Source: an uncultured Ignavibacteriaceae bacterium (lineage in GTDB: Bacteria; Bacteroidota; Ignavibacteria; Tepidaquicellales; Tepidaquicellaceae). Taken from it: a stretch of DNA of 48,425 bases. Within the stretch, counting starts at the first letter, position 1. Each line of letters starts with the position of its first letter. Location of the stretch: contig CAYWMV010000003.1 of the NCBI GenBank assembly GCA_964459055.1, positions 1-48,425 of the forward strand, written 5' to 3'. A program made the translations under genes and the position numbers. The notes below the pieces were generated by a model, which saw only the letters and a list, made by a program, of their open reading frames with translations, did not search any database and was not told where the DNA came from. Below are positions 37,426 through 45,647 of this stretch, in pieces.

Positions 37426-38133
37426 ATGCGAAAAGAAGTATTGGACAAAGGGTTCATTGAATTAATAGACCATCTTGGAAGTGATTTAACGGTTGCTAAT
37501 TCCGCACGTGTATCGTTCGGAAAAAGAAAATCAAAATATGATGACAGAGACAGGATTTTAGTAAAATTCCTCGCTGAGAACAAACATTATTCTCCTTTCA
37601 GGCACTTAATTGTTCAGTTTCACCTGAAAGCACCGGAGTTCGTAATGAGGCAATGGTATAAACACGTAGTGGGCATAGAAACAACTTCAAGTTACCCGAC
37701 AAAAGACCACGCCTGGAACGAAATTAGCGGCAGATACGTGCCCGTAAACGACTTCTATGTTCCGGAAAAATGGCGGAAACAATCGGAAGACAATAAACAG
37801 GCATCTGAAGGATTTATAGAAAATCAGGAGGAGGCAAAAAATATATTTGATAGTACGATGAACAGTCTTCTTGACTCTTATAATAAATTATTGAATCTTG
37901 GAATTGCAAAAGAACAGGCAAGGATATTTTTGCCGTTAAATCAATATTCTGAAATTTACTGGACGGCTTCTTTTCAGGCTGTAATGAATTTTATTGAACT
38001 TCGTGATGACAGTCACGCTCAATGGGAAATACGGGAATATGCCCTCGCAATGAAAGAGATAATGATTGAATTATATCCGGAAACGACAAAAATCTGGTTT
38101 GAAGTAGAAGAGCAAAGAACAAAGAGTAAATAA
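37426..38133 (+). CDS. thyX: flavin-dependent thymidylate synthase (ThyX family), non-canonical signature
   Basis: LDKGFIELIDHLGSDL..ARVSFG, SPFRH, APEFVMRQWYKH, ISGRY and LRDDSHAQWEIREYA are collinear with ThyX. The canonical RHR reads KHV, and an extra segment precedes SGRY. Confidence 0.8.
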   Translation: MRKEVLDKGFIELIDHLGSDLTVANSARVSFGKRKSKYDDRDRILVKFLAENKHYSPFRHLIVQFHLKAPEFVMRQWYKHVVGIETTSSYPTKDHAWNEISGRYVPVNDFYVPEKWRKQSEDNKQASEGFIENQEEAKNIFDSTMNSLLDSYNKLLNLGIAKEQARIFLPLNQYSEIYWTASFQAVMNFIELRDDSHAQWEIREYALAMKEIMIELYPETTKIWFEVEEQRTKSK

Positions 38134-38171
38134 GGAATTTAGTCGTATAAACAGTTATAAAAATCAAGGGG

Positions 38172-38196
38172 TTCTGCCCGGAGAGCAGAAATTTTT
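38172..38196 (+). terminator. probable terminator after thyX
   Basis: Stem ttctgc/gcagaa with a 7-nt loop, followed by attttt. Confidence 0.5.
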
Positions 38197-38228
38197 AACG
38201 CGATAGTGTGCAGATTAAGTAAAAATAA

Positions 38229-39125
38229 TTATCTGTTGAAGAAACTGTTTATTACAGCACCTACTACATTGGGATTTTCCTTGAATCTTCTCATTGAATA
38301 CTGATACCATCTCTTCCCAAACGGAACGTATATTCTCATTTTATGTCCGTCCGCAACAAGTTTATCTCTCAACTTTTCGGTTACGCCGAGAAGCATCTGA
38401 AATTCGTACTGATCTTTATTCAAATTTAATTCTCTGATAAGTTTAAGAGATTCTTCAACGAGATATTTATCGTGAGTAGCTATGCCTACGTATGCTTTTC
38501 TTTCAAACATTACTCTGAGAACTTTCATAAAGTTATCCCGCACTTTTTGCTTCTTTTTAAAAGCAATTTCTTCGGGTTCAATGTAAATTCCCTTGCATAA
38601 GCGAAAACTTGTTTTTACCTCCGTCAGTTTAATAACGTCTTCTTCTGTTCTTCTCATATAAGCCTGTAGAACAAGTCCTACATTATCAAATTTTTTCCTG
38701 CTCTCTTCAAATATCCTGATAGTTGCATCCGTAACGGAAGAATCTTCCATATCAATTCTGACAAAATTATTCAGTTCTTTTGCTTTGGTAAGAATTTCTG
38801 TTACCAGATTAAGACATAAATCGTAATCAATATTTAATCCCAGCATTGTAAGTTTTATGGAAAGGTTGGAGTTTAGTTTGTGCCTGTTAATATATTCTAG
38901 TACTTCTATGGATTCGTTCTTTGATTCTATTGCTTCCGCTTTTTCTGATATACTTTCACCCAGAACATCCATTGTTGCAAAAATATTTTTTGAATTCAGT
39001 TCCTGAACTTTCTTTACTCCTTCATCAATATTATCTCCTGCAATATATCTGTTTGCAAAAATCCTGATAATTCTTTTCGGAAATACCGGGAGAATTCCTA
39101 CAACTGCCTTGTTAAATAGATTCAT
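38229..39125 (-). CDS. proline dehydrogenase (monofunctional)
   Basis: 298 aa. It has MDVLGE, LVLQAYMRRT and EFQMLLGV...RIYVPFGKRWYQYSMRRFKENP, typical of the proline dehydrogenase family. Confidence 0.88.
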   Translation of the reverse strand: MNLFNKAVVGILPVFPKRIIRIFANRYIAGDNIDEGVKKVQELNSKNIFATMDVLGESISEKAEAIESKNESIEVLEYINRHKLNSNLSIKLTMLGLNIDYDLCLNLVTEILTKAKELNNFVRIDMEDSSVTDATIRIFEESRKKFDNVGLVLQAYMRRTEEDVIKLTEVKTSFRLCKGIYIEPEEIAFKKKQKVRDNFMKVLRVMFERKAYVGIATHDKYLVEESLKLIRELNLNKDQYEFQMLLGVTEKLRDKLVADGHKMRIYVPFGKRWYQYSMRRFKENPNVVGAVINSFFNR

Positions 39126-39231
39126 ATTATGGTTTTTATGTAAAAATATCTATATTTAAATATAGATAAAGTGAAAAAAAAATAACGTTTCTTTTTACTC
39201 AAATCTTCCTATTAATATCCCCCATCCTCCC

Positions 39232-39303
39232 AATCATCCAATCATACAATCACCCAATCATACAATCACCCAATCATACAATCATCCAATCATAGAATCA
39301 CCC
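39232..39303. repeat. 8/16-bp tandem array AATCAnnC (nine 8-mers, four 16-mers) inside a 107-nt G-free tract
   Basis: aatcatacaatcaccc occurs at 39240 and 39256, with variants at 39272 and 39288. There is no G between 39188 and 39294. Confidence 0.92.
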
Positions 39304-39311
39304 CTTTTCCC

Positions 39312-39404
39312 TTCTATGACTAATTTCTATGACTAATTTCTAAAAAAACCCATCCACCGCTTTTCTTCTATTGCTATCTTCTATGACTATCTTCTAAAAA
39401 AAAA
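39312..39404. repeat. two related modules of 13-bp tandem words, each ending in an A-run
   Basis: ttctatgactaat x2 plus ttctaaaaaaa (39312-39348). cttctattgctat, cttctatgactat and cttctaaaaaaaaa (39365-39404). Confidence 0.85.
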
Positions 39405-39428
39405 GCCCGCCGCATAAATGCGGCAGGC
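39396..39428 (-). terminator. intrinsic terminator after the T9SS propeller gene
   Basis: The minus strand reads gccugccgca-uuua-ugcggcgggc (one mismatch) followed by a U9 run. Confidence 0.82.
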
Positions 39429-39453
39429 TTCGTTAGATAAAAAAGGGAAGTCC

Positions 39454-40809
39454 TTATTTCGTTAAAATCATTTTCTTTGTTTCACGGAAATTATCCGCTG
39501 TCAGAGTATAGTAATAAATTCCCGTTGAATAATTAGAAGCATCAAATGTAACTGCATGATTTCCTGCTGTTTTTTGTTCTGCTATAAGTGTCGTCAGTTC
39601 TTCACCAAGTATATTATATACTTTTATGGTTATGAATGCCGGTTGCGGTACAGAATATTCAATTGTGGTTGAAGGATTGAACGGATTCGGATAATTTTGT
39701 TTTAATGCAAATTCGTTCGGTATCTGGTTGTTCGGGTCAATGATACCGGTAATTTGCTCTGTATATTTATATATTGTACCCGTTGTTGTTGACCCTTTGC
39801 ACGCAAAGGCTGTAACAATTCCGGTTACATTATCATAGTATAAATCAAAATGATTAACTGTAGTAGCGGTCGGGAATGCAATACTTGTCCAGGTTGCTCC
39901 GTTATCTGCACTCTTAAAGAACTGCGTTCCTGTTGTTGAAGAAACAAGTACATAGCATACCGGTTTTCCCGGAACCCATTTCATTGTTCCGTATCCTGCG
40001 GTGATTGTACTTGGTATGGTTTGTGAAAACCAGTTTAATCCTCCGTTCGTGGTTCTGGCAATTGTTGTTGATGTGCCGTTTCCTGCCGCTATTCCGTTAA
40101 TTTTGTCCGTACTGAATGCTGCTCCGCTGACAAATCCGGTTGTTCCTCCTGCGCCCGTTAACGGTACATATGTAAAGGTTGTTCCCGCATTGGTTGTAAT
40201 TCCAAAACGGTAGGGCATCGCATTTAGACCAAAGCCGTAGAAGTTTGAATCTATAACAATAATTGAGTTTTGTGCCGATGCCGCACCTGAAAGAGGTGAT
40301 GTTGTTACATACCAGTTATTTCCGCCGTCGTGAGTTTTCGCAATCCAGTAAGTAGTTCCGGTCGGAGGGTCACTTTCAACTATTCCGAAGTTCGGATTAG
40401 TTTTTGAAAACACAATTCCGTTGATGAATCCGGCAGTACCGCCTGTTGAAAGTACTGTCGTCCAGTTAACACCTCCGTTGGTGGTTTTATAGAACGAAGC
40501 ATTTCCGCCTGCTCCGCCCGCTGCGCCGCCGTCACCTACGAAAATGGTGTTTGCGTCAATACCCCAGATGCAATAAGGTTCAAGGGTAAGACCGTTATTT
40601 GGCAGTTGGGTAAAGTTGAGTCCGCCGTTGGTTGAGCGCCATACTGACGGTGCGTTGCTCGCTCCTCCCGCAACAAAAACAAGTGTCGGTGAAACTACTG
40701 AAACACTTGGATAAGTGCTGACGGCGTTAACCGTTCCGACTGTTACCCATTGCGAATAACAAAAACCCGTGAGTAAAAATAACAATAAAATTGTAAGTGC
40801 TTTTTTCAT
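39454..40809 (-). CDS. secreted BNR/Asp-box beta-propeller protein with T9SS C-terminal sorting domain (paralog of 13358-14716)
   Basis: It has a signal peptide and TNGGLNFT, TNGGVNWT, HDGGNNWY, TNGGLNWF and ADNGATWT repeats. The C-terminus is KQNYPNPFNPSTTIEYSVP...GIYYYTL...KKMILTK. AAGGAG lies upstream of the ATG. Confidence 0.82.
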   Translation of the reverse strand: MKKALTILLLFLLTGFCYSQWVTVGTVNAVSTYPSVSVVSPTLVFVAGGASNAPSVWRSTNGGLNFTQLPNNGLTLEPYCIWGIDANTIFVGDGGAAGGAGGNASFYKTTNGGVNWTTVLSTGGTAGFINGIVFSKTNPNFGIVESDPPTGTTYWIAKTHDGGNNWYVTTSPLSGAASAQNSIIVIDSNFYGFGLNAMPYRFGITTNAGTTFTYVPLTGAGGTTGFVSGAAFSTDKINGIAAGNGTSTTIARTTNGGLNWFSQTIPSTITAGYGTMKWVPGKPVCYVLVSSTTGTQFFKSADNGATWTSIAFPTATTVNHFDLYYDNVTGIVTAFACKGSTTTGTIYKYTEQITGIIDPNNQIPNEFALKQNYPNPFNPSTTIEYSVPQPAFITIKVYNILGEELTTLIAEQKTAGNHAVTFDASNYSTGIYYYTLTADNFRETKKMILTK

Positions 40810-40965
40810 TTTTCTTTCTCCTTTATTTTGGTTATGTCTATTTTAATAAAAATATTCATTAAAACAAAGTGTAAATTTTTTTCTTATTTTCTCTGCCGTA
40901 AGCGGTGTTTTGTATTATTTTCTTGCTATCATAGATTTTTGAAAAGAAAACTGATATATTTACGT

Positions 40966-41655
40966 ATGAAAAAAAGCCGGTATGTTGTAACTTTATTAAT
41001 AATCTTTTTAATATCTGTAGCCTTATTGTCGCAGGTAACAAGCGATAAGCCGGGAAGTAAATTCAGAATAGCAAGATTAAAATATCAGGGCGGGGGCGAC
41101 TGGTACAACGACCCTTCTGCGGAAGTCAATATGATGGAGTATCTCGGAAAAAATACTTTAATTGATATTGATAAACCTTTATTTTATTCCGTTGATATTG
41201 CGTCTGATGAAATTTTCAAATATCCGTTTTTGATAATGACGGGACACGGTAATGTTGATTTAACAAACGAGCAGGCTGCAAGATTAAGAAAGTACTGTGA
41301 GTCCGGAGGATTTCTTTTTGCCGATGACGATTACGGTATGGATGAATCTTTCAGAAGAGAAATTAAAAAAGTTTTTCCCGATAAAGAATTAAAAGAGTTA
41401 CCGTTTGATCACGAAATTTATAACAGTCATTATATTTTTCCTTCGGGCTTACCGAAGATTCACGAGCACGACCAGAAACCTGCACAGGGATTCGGAATAT
41501 ATTCTTTAGACGGAAGATTGTGTGTGTATTATTGCTATGAAACAAATATTACTGACGGATGGGCGGATACGCAGGAGCATCAGGACCCGCCGGAGAAACG
41601 TGATGAAGCATTTAAAATAGGTACCAATATAATTGTTTATGCTCTTTCGAATTAA
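40966..41655 (+). CDS. DUF4159 domain protein
   Basis: It has FRIARLKYQGGGDWYNDPSAEVNM, YPFLIMTGHGNVDLT and GGFLFADDDYG. I prefer the ATG at 40966 (MKKSRYVVTLLIIFL, a signal/anchor) to the track start at 40828. Confidence 0.78.
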   Translation: MKKSRYVVTLLIIFLISVALLSQVTSDKPGSKFRIARLKYQGGGDWYNDPSAEVNMMEYLGKNTLIDIDKPLFYSVDIASDEIFKYPFLIMTGHGNVDLTNEQAARLRKYCESGGFLFADDDYGMDESFRREIKKVFPDKELKELPFDHEIYNSHYIFPSGLPKIHEHDQKPAQGFGIYSLDGRLCVYYCYETNITDGWADTQEHQDPPEKRDEAFKIGTNIIVYALSN

Positions 41656-41784
41656 TTTTTTTACTCTTCCGTTTCCGAATCCTGACTCATAACCAAACTA
41701 AGCCTGAACCAAAAAGTTTAATATCTTAATAAAATCTGCATACTCTGCATACCTGTTCGCCGAAGCGAAATTTGCGTCATCAGT

Positions 41785-41948
41785 GTGCCAAATTCGTAAT
41801 ACTTGCCTTGGCTTTCCGAAAATACTCCTTCCCAATGTCTATCCCGTGTCCACGGGACTCTGGCTTGGGAAGGTCCTTTCGTGTCTTATGGATTTCCTCC
41901 GTTTCCTTTGTGTTAAAACCACGTAATCCTTGACCTGTCACTTGTCAC
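41785..41948. repeat. 164-bp repeat unit, copy 1 (contains a two-stem hairpin at 41827-41873)
   Basis: My base-by-base comparison with 42013-42176 finds 163/164 identical. The only difference is t at 41909 versus a at 42137. Confidence 0.95.
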
Positions 41949-42012
41949 ATTCAACTTGTCATTGTTTTTTCGTGTTTTTTTGTTTCAATCCGTGTTAATC
42001 TTCCTAATCATC

Positions 42013-42176
42013 GTGCCAAATTCGTAATACTTGCCTTGGCTTTCCGAAAATACTCCTTCCCAATGTCTATCCCGTGTCCACGGGACTCTGGCTTGGGAAG
42101 GTCCTTTCGTGTCTTATGGATTTCCTCCGTTTCCTTAGTGTTAAAACCACGTAATCCTTGACCTGTCACTTGTCAC
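42013..42176. repeat. 164-bp repeat unit, copy 2 (hairpin at 42055-42101); it abuts the NDH-2 stop codon
   Basis: It is a direct repeat of 41785-41948 with a 228-bp period, separated by a 64-bp T/C-rich spacer. Confidence 0.95.
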
Positions 42177-43391
42177 TTAAAAATTACTGACGTCTCTGCC
42201 GAAAACTGATGTTTTTATCCAGTCGAATAATACAAGCAGTTTATTTTTAAAACTGACAAGTTTTGTAAGATACGCACTTCTCCATAGGAAAAATGTTGCA
42301 AAGCCGCTTCCCTTGTATTGCGGAGTATCTGCTAACGCTTTTCCTCCTCCTACATAAGCCAGCATACCAAGATTTTTGAATGTAAATTTTTTTCTTCTGT
42401 TTCCGCTGTTGAATATTTTTGCAAGAAACAAACCCTGCTTTTGCGCAACCTGTGCGGTAGCAGGTAGAGGATTGTTTTCTATTTCGGCACAGTCCCCGAT
42501 TGCATATATATTATCGTATCCCTTTACTCTGAAGTCTGATTCCGTTATAACCCTGCCGAACTTATTCAAATTAAAACCGCTGTCTTTAATAAATTTTGTT
42601 GATGTATTTCCTGTTGCCCAAACCAGTAAACCATAATCCAGCACGGTTCCGTTGTTCAGTTTTATCTGTTTTTCTCTTACTTCCGTTATGTATGTGTTTG
42701 TTTTAAGAATAATTCTCTGGCGGTTAAATAATTTTGTCGTGTATTCTATTAATTTTTCATTGAAAGAATTAAGAATTTTATCTTTCGCTTCGATTAATAT
42801 TATTTCCGATTTTTCAAACAGTTTTTTATATTTTTTCTTGACGTCTTCTTCTAGAAAATCGTGAAGTTCCGCCGCAAATTCAACCCCGGTCGGTCCCCCG
42901 CCGCATATAATAAATCTGAGATATCTTTTTTGTTCCTGTTCCGGTATGTTGGGCAGAGAGGCATTTTCAAAACAATCTATAACTTTTGTCCTTATTTTTC
43001 TGGCATCTGAAAGTTCTTTCAGAAACAGTGCGTGTTTGTCAACTCCGTCAAGCCCGAATGTGTTTGTAACTTCTCCTGTGGCAATAATTAAAATATCATA
43101 ATTTAGTTTTGATACCGTTTTCGAATCTGTGTCAAAGCAGGAAATATTATTATTTTCTGTATCAACGTTAGTCCCTTCCGACTGAATAAAGTTTATGTTT
43201 TTAATATTCCTTATAGGCTCAATAATGCTTCGGAATTCTATGGTTCCGACAGTTGTGCTTGGCAGAAGCGGTGTAAACAGAAAGTGATTTCTTAAACTAA
43301 CAACGGTAACATCAAATTTTTCTGTGTCAATTTTTTTCAGAAACCTGAACGCCGCAAAACCTGCTCCGAGAATTGTTATTTTCTTCTTCAT
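42177..43391 (-). CDS. ndh: type II NADH dehydrogenase (NDH-2) family FAD-dependent oxidoreductase
   Basis: It has two dinucleotide folds ([12 protein letters not shown] and [17 protein letters not shown]), AIGDCA and [12 protein letters not shown] prefer the ATG at 43391 to 43439. Confidence 0.85.
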   Translation of the reverse strand: MKKKITILGAGFAAFRFLKKIDTEKFDVTVVSLRNHFLFTPLLPSTTVGTIEFRSIIEPIRNIKNINFIQSEGTNVDTENNNISCFDTDSKTVSKLNYDILIIATGEVTNTFGLDGVDKHALFLKELSDARKIRTKVIDCFENASLPNIPEQEQKRYLRFIICGGGPTGVEFAAELHDFLEEDVKKKYKKLFEKSEIILIEAKDKILNSFNEKLIEYTTKLFNRQRIILKTNTYITEVREKQIKLNNGTVLDYGLLVWATGNTSTKFIKDSGFNLNKFGRVITESDFRVKGYDNIYAIGDCAEIENNPLPATAQVAQKQGLFLAKIFNSGNRRKKFTFKNLGMLAYVGGGKALADTPQYKGSGFATFFLWRSAYLTKLVSFKNKLLVLFDWIKTSVFGRDVSNF

Positions 43392-43465
43392 ATATTTCTT
43401 TAATAAAATATCGTAATTTGTCTTCATTATCGGAAACAAAATTTTATTTTAAAAAGTCTTTAATT

Positions 43466-43882
43466 ATGAAATCATTCAGAAAAGAACTCTGGTTCGATAT
43501 TAAGAAGCGAAGAGAATTTATCAATATCACGCCTGCGGTAAATGAGGTGTTAAATGAAAGCGGTGTCAGGGAAGGTTTGATATTGGTAAATGCAATGCAT
43601 ATAACGGCAAGTGTTTTTATTAATGATGATGAGCCGGGGCTTCATCAGGATTTTGAAGTGTGGCTCGAGGGGCTTGCTCCCGAAAAACCGTACTCCCGTT
43701 ACAGACATAATGGATATGAGGACAATGCGGATGCACATTTAAAAAGAACTGTTATGGGAAGAGAGGTCGTCGTTGCCGTTACAAACGGAAAACTTGACTT
43801 CGGACCTTGGGAACAGATTTTTTACGGAGAATTTGACGGCAGGAGAAAAAAAAGAGTTCTTGTAAAGGTTATCGGAGAATAA
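43466..43882 (+). CDS. YjbQ/UPF0047 family protein (secondary thiamine-phosphate synthase-like)
   Basis: It has [26 protein letters not shown] and [17 protein letters not shown] prefer the ATG at 43466 to the track start at 43373. Confidence 0.85.
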   Translation: MKSFRKELWFDIKKRREFINITPAVNEVLNESGVREGLILVNAMHITASVFINDDEPGLHQDFEVWLEGLAPEKPYSRYRHNGYEDNADAHLKRTVMGREVVVAVTNGKLDFGPWEQIFYGEFDGRRKKRVLVKVIGE

Positions 43883-43976
43883 TAACAAAACTGCAAAAGT
43901 TCGTTTATTTCTAAATTCAAAAATTAAATTTTTTGAAGCAATAATTCTAAACGGTCTCTTGCAGTTTGTAAAACTT

Positions 43977-44981
43977 TTATTTCAATAACGTCATTCGCCG
44001 TGTGTGTATGTGGTTATCCGCCTGCAGCCTGTAATAATAAACGCCGCTGGGAAATGCGGAGGCATTCCATATCAGTTCGTAATTTCCGGTGCTGAGATAA
44101 TCATTAAACAGTGTTGATATTTCCTGTCCGTTAATATTATAAACTTTAACAACTACTAAATAGCTTCCGTTTATGCTGAATATTATTTTTGTTTCGGGAT
44201 TAAAAGGATTTGGATAATTCTGCTGTAAAGAAACTCCCGTAGGTACTTCGCCTGAAAGATTCCTTATTCCCGTCAGCAGCCATTGGTTATATAATACCTG
44301 AAGTGAATCAATCGGGTCTTTGCTTCCGGAAGTATTGCCGACATTAAGATGAAGATATAAATTGTTTACAGGGTCGTTTGTTTTTGCAACCCGAAGAAAT
44401 GCAGAGATTGAAGATTTATTGTACTGTGTGCATCTTGTGTCCGCTCCTATCATTTTTGCTCCCTGAAGTGCCGCCATTAATTTATCTGCAAGTGTTCCGG
44501 GAGTATTTAAAAATCTCGCCTGCATTGAATCTAAAACTTTCTGCCCGAGAAGTATATTTCCCTGTATTGTGTATGTAGGACCAATAATATGATTTTTGTA
44601 ATTTGTGCAGTTTGAACCCGTGTATGCGGCTGTCCTTCCGCCGTTTACAAGGTCAACTATTCCGTACTGCCTTACTGAAGGATTGTTTTGCGCGTCTTTT
44701 GCTATCAGCGAATCTATAATCTGCTGTGGTGATAATCCCAGATTCATTAATGATTTTGCATAGTTCTGATTTGTGGAGTTCCATAGTGCCTGTGTGTGAA
44801 TTACTCCGACACCGGGATGAACATCGCTGAGTATCAGACAATTGGCTATGCAGGATGCTCCGGCACTTCCTACCTGTCCTGTAACTGTGTCAATTGCCTT
44901 TATTGAAAATGTGTCCTGTGAAAAAGAATTTCCGCCCGCAAACAACAATAAAACAAAAAGTAGAATTATTTTTTTATTCAT
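43977..44981 (-). CDS. DUF1028 (Ntn-hydrolase-like) protein with T9SS C-terminal sorting domain
   Basis: The signal peptide is followed by TFSIKAIDTVTGQVGSAGASC (the DUF1028 start motif). The C-terminus is QQNYPNPFNPETKIIFSI...GVYYYRL...RRMTLLK. Confidence 0.72.
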   Translation of the reverse strand: MNKKIILLFVLLLFAGGNSFSQDTFSIKAIDTVTGQVGSAGASCIANCLILSDVHPGVGVIHTQALWNSTNQNYAKSLMNLGLSPQQIIDSLIAKDAQNNPSVRQYGIVDLVNGGRTAAYTGSNCTNYKNHIIGPTYTIQGNILLGQKVLDSMQARFLNTPGTLADKLMAALQGAKMIGADTRCTQYNKSSISAFLRVAKTNDPVNNLYLHLNVGNTSGSKDPIDSLQVLYNQWLLTGIRNLSGEVPTGVSLQQNYPNPFNPETKIIFSINGSYLVVVKVYNINGQEISTLFNDYLSTGNYELIWNASAFPSGVYYYRLQADNHIHTRRMTLLK

Positions 44982-45047
44982 ATAAAAATTTTTTTGTAAA
45001 AATATTTCTTTCGTAAAATCAAATTAAATAACCGGAATTTTCAGAAT

Positions 45048-45551
45048 TTATTTTTGCGGCTTCATTCCGAAATCCTTCCATTCTTCTTTTGAAGGACCGT
45101 ATATTCCGGGAACAGGAACTTCCGCAAGGCGCATATACACTGTCATCTGACCTCTGTGATGAATCTGGTGTTTTACGAGTGATTCAAGTGCCTCGCCTTT
45201 TTTCCATTTTTCCCCGTACATATCAACTTCTTCTGTCAGGGTTTTATCTTTCCATTCTGCAAGTATTCTTTCTGTCAGTTCTCCTGATACCTTGTCATAT
45301 GCAATTTTTATATCATTAACTTTTGTCGGATTATCGGATTCAGGGTCAAGAAAGTAAATTTTCAGTCCGGTTTTTCCTATCATTTCGGAAATTGTTGTTG
45401 CAAGATGCCAGGCAAGATAACCTAATGTTCGCCCGTCTTTGTAAGCCTTTTTCTTTAAAGAATCATCGGTTAGCGAAGAAATGATTTTTAAAGTCGCTTG
45501 TCTTTCAAAACTCCAGTCTTTAATAAACTCTTCTATTGTATGATATGGCAT
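45048..45551 (-). CDS. DinB family protein
   Basis: It has LGYLAWHLATT ... VKHQIHHRGQMTVYMRL. Confidence 0.78.
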   Translation of the reverse strand: MPYHTIEEFIKDWSFERQATLKIISSLTDDSLKKKAYKDGRTLGYLAWHLATTISEMIGKTGLKIYFLDPESDNPTKVNDIKIAYDKVSGELTERILAEWKDKTLTEEVDMYGEKWKKGEALESLVKHQIHHRGQMTVYMRLAEVPVPGIYGPSKEEWKDFGMKPQK

Positions 45552-45647
45552 ATTTATAAAATTGTTTGTAAAAGATTGATATTACAAATTTTTAATTTAA
45601 AACAAAAGGAACAAAATTTAATATTGTCAGGTATAAAATTATAAAAT

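Noticed and set aside
36959-37583. Minus-strand ORFs 36959-37354 and 37380-37583
   Set aside because: They are antisense to the histidine kinase ATPase domain and to the thyX 5' end, both of which have clear motifs. The translations are low-complexity.
39232-39303. CRISPR array or protein-coding repeat
   Set aside because: The units are contiguous with no spacers. No ORF spans them, and the 8-bp period is not a multiple of three.
40828-40965. N-terminal extensions in the ORF track (40828-40965, 43373-43465, 43392-43439, 19344-19373, 9155-9187, 7226-7228)
   Set aside because: In each case an internal ATG gives a normal signal peptide or the conserved family N-terminus. The extended versions add implausible Cys/Phe/Lys-rich leaders or overlap the divergent neighbour.
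41835-41933. 32-codon ORF inside each 164-bp repeat as a real small protein gene
   Set aside because: It has no ribosome-binding site, its ATG is buried in the hairpin stem, and its only inter-copy substitution is non-synonymous. It is mentioned in the finding but not annotated.
41785-42176. CRISPR array
   Set aside because: There are only two repeats, each 164 bp, far above the 24-48 bp of CRISPR repeats. There is a single 64-bp spacer and no cas gene in the window.
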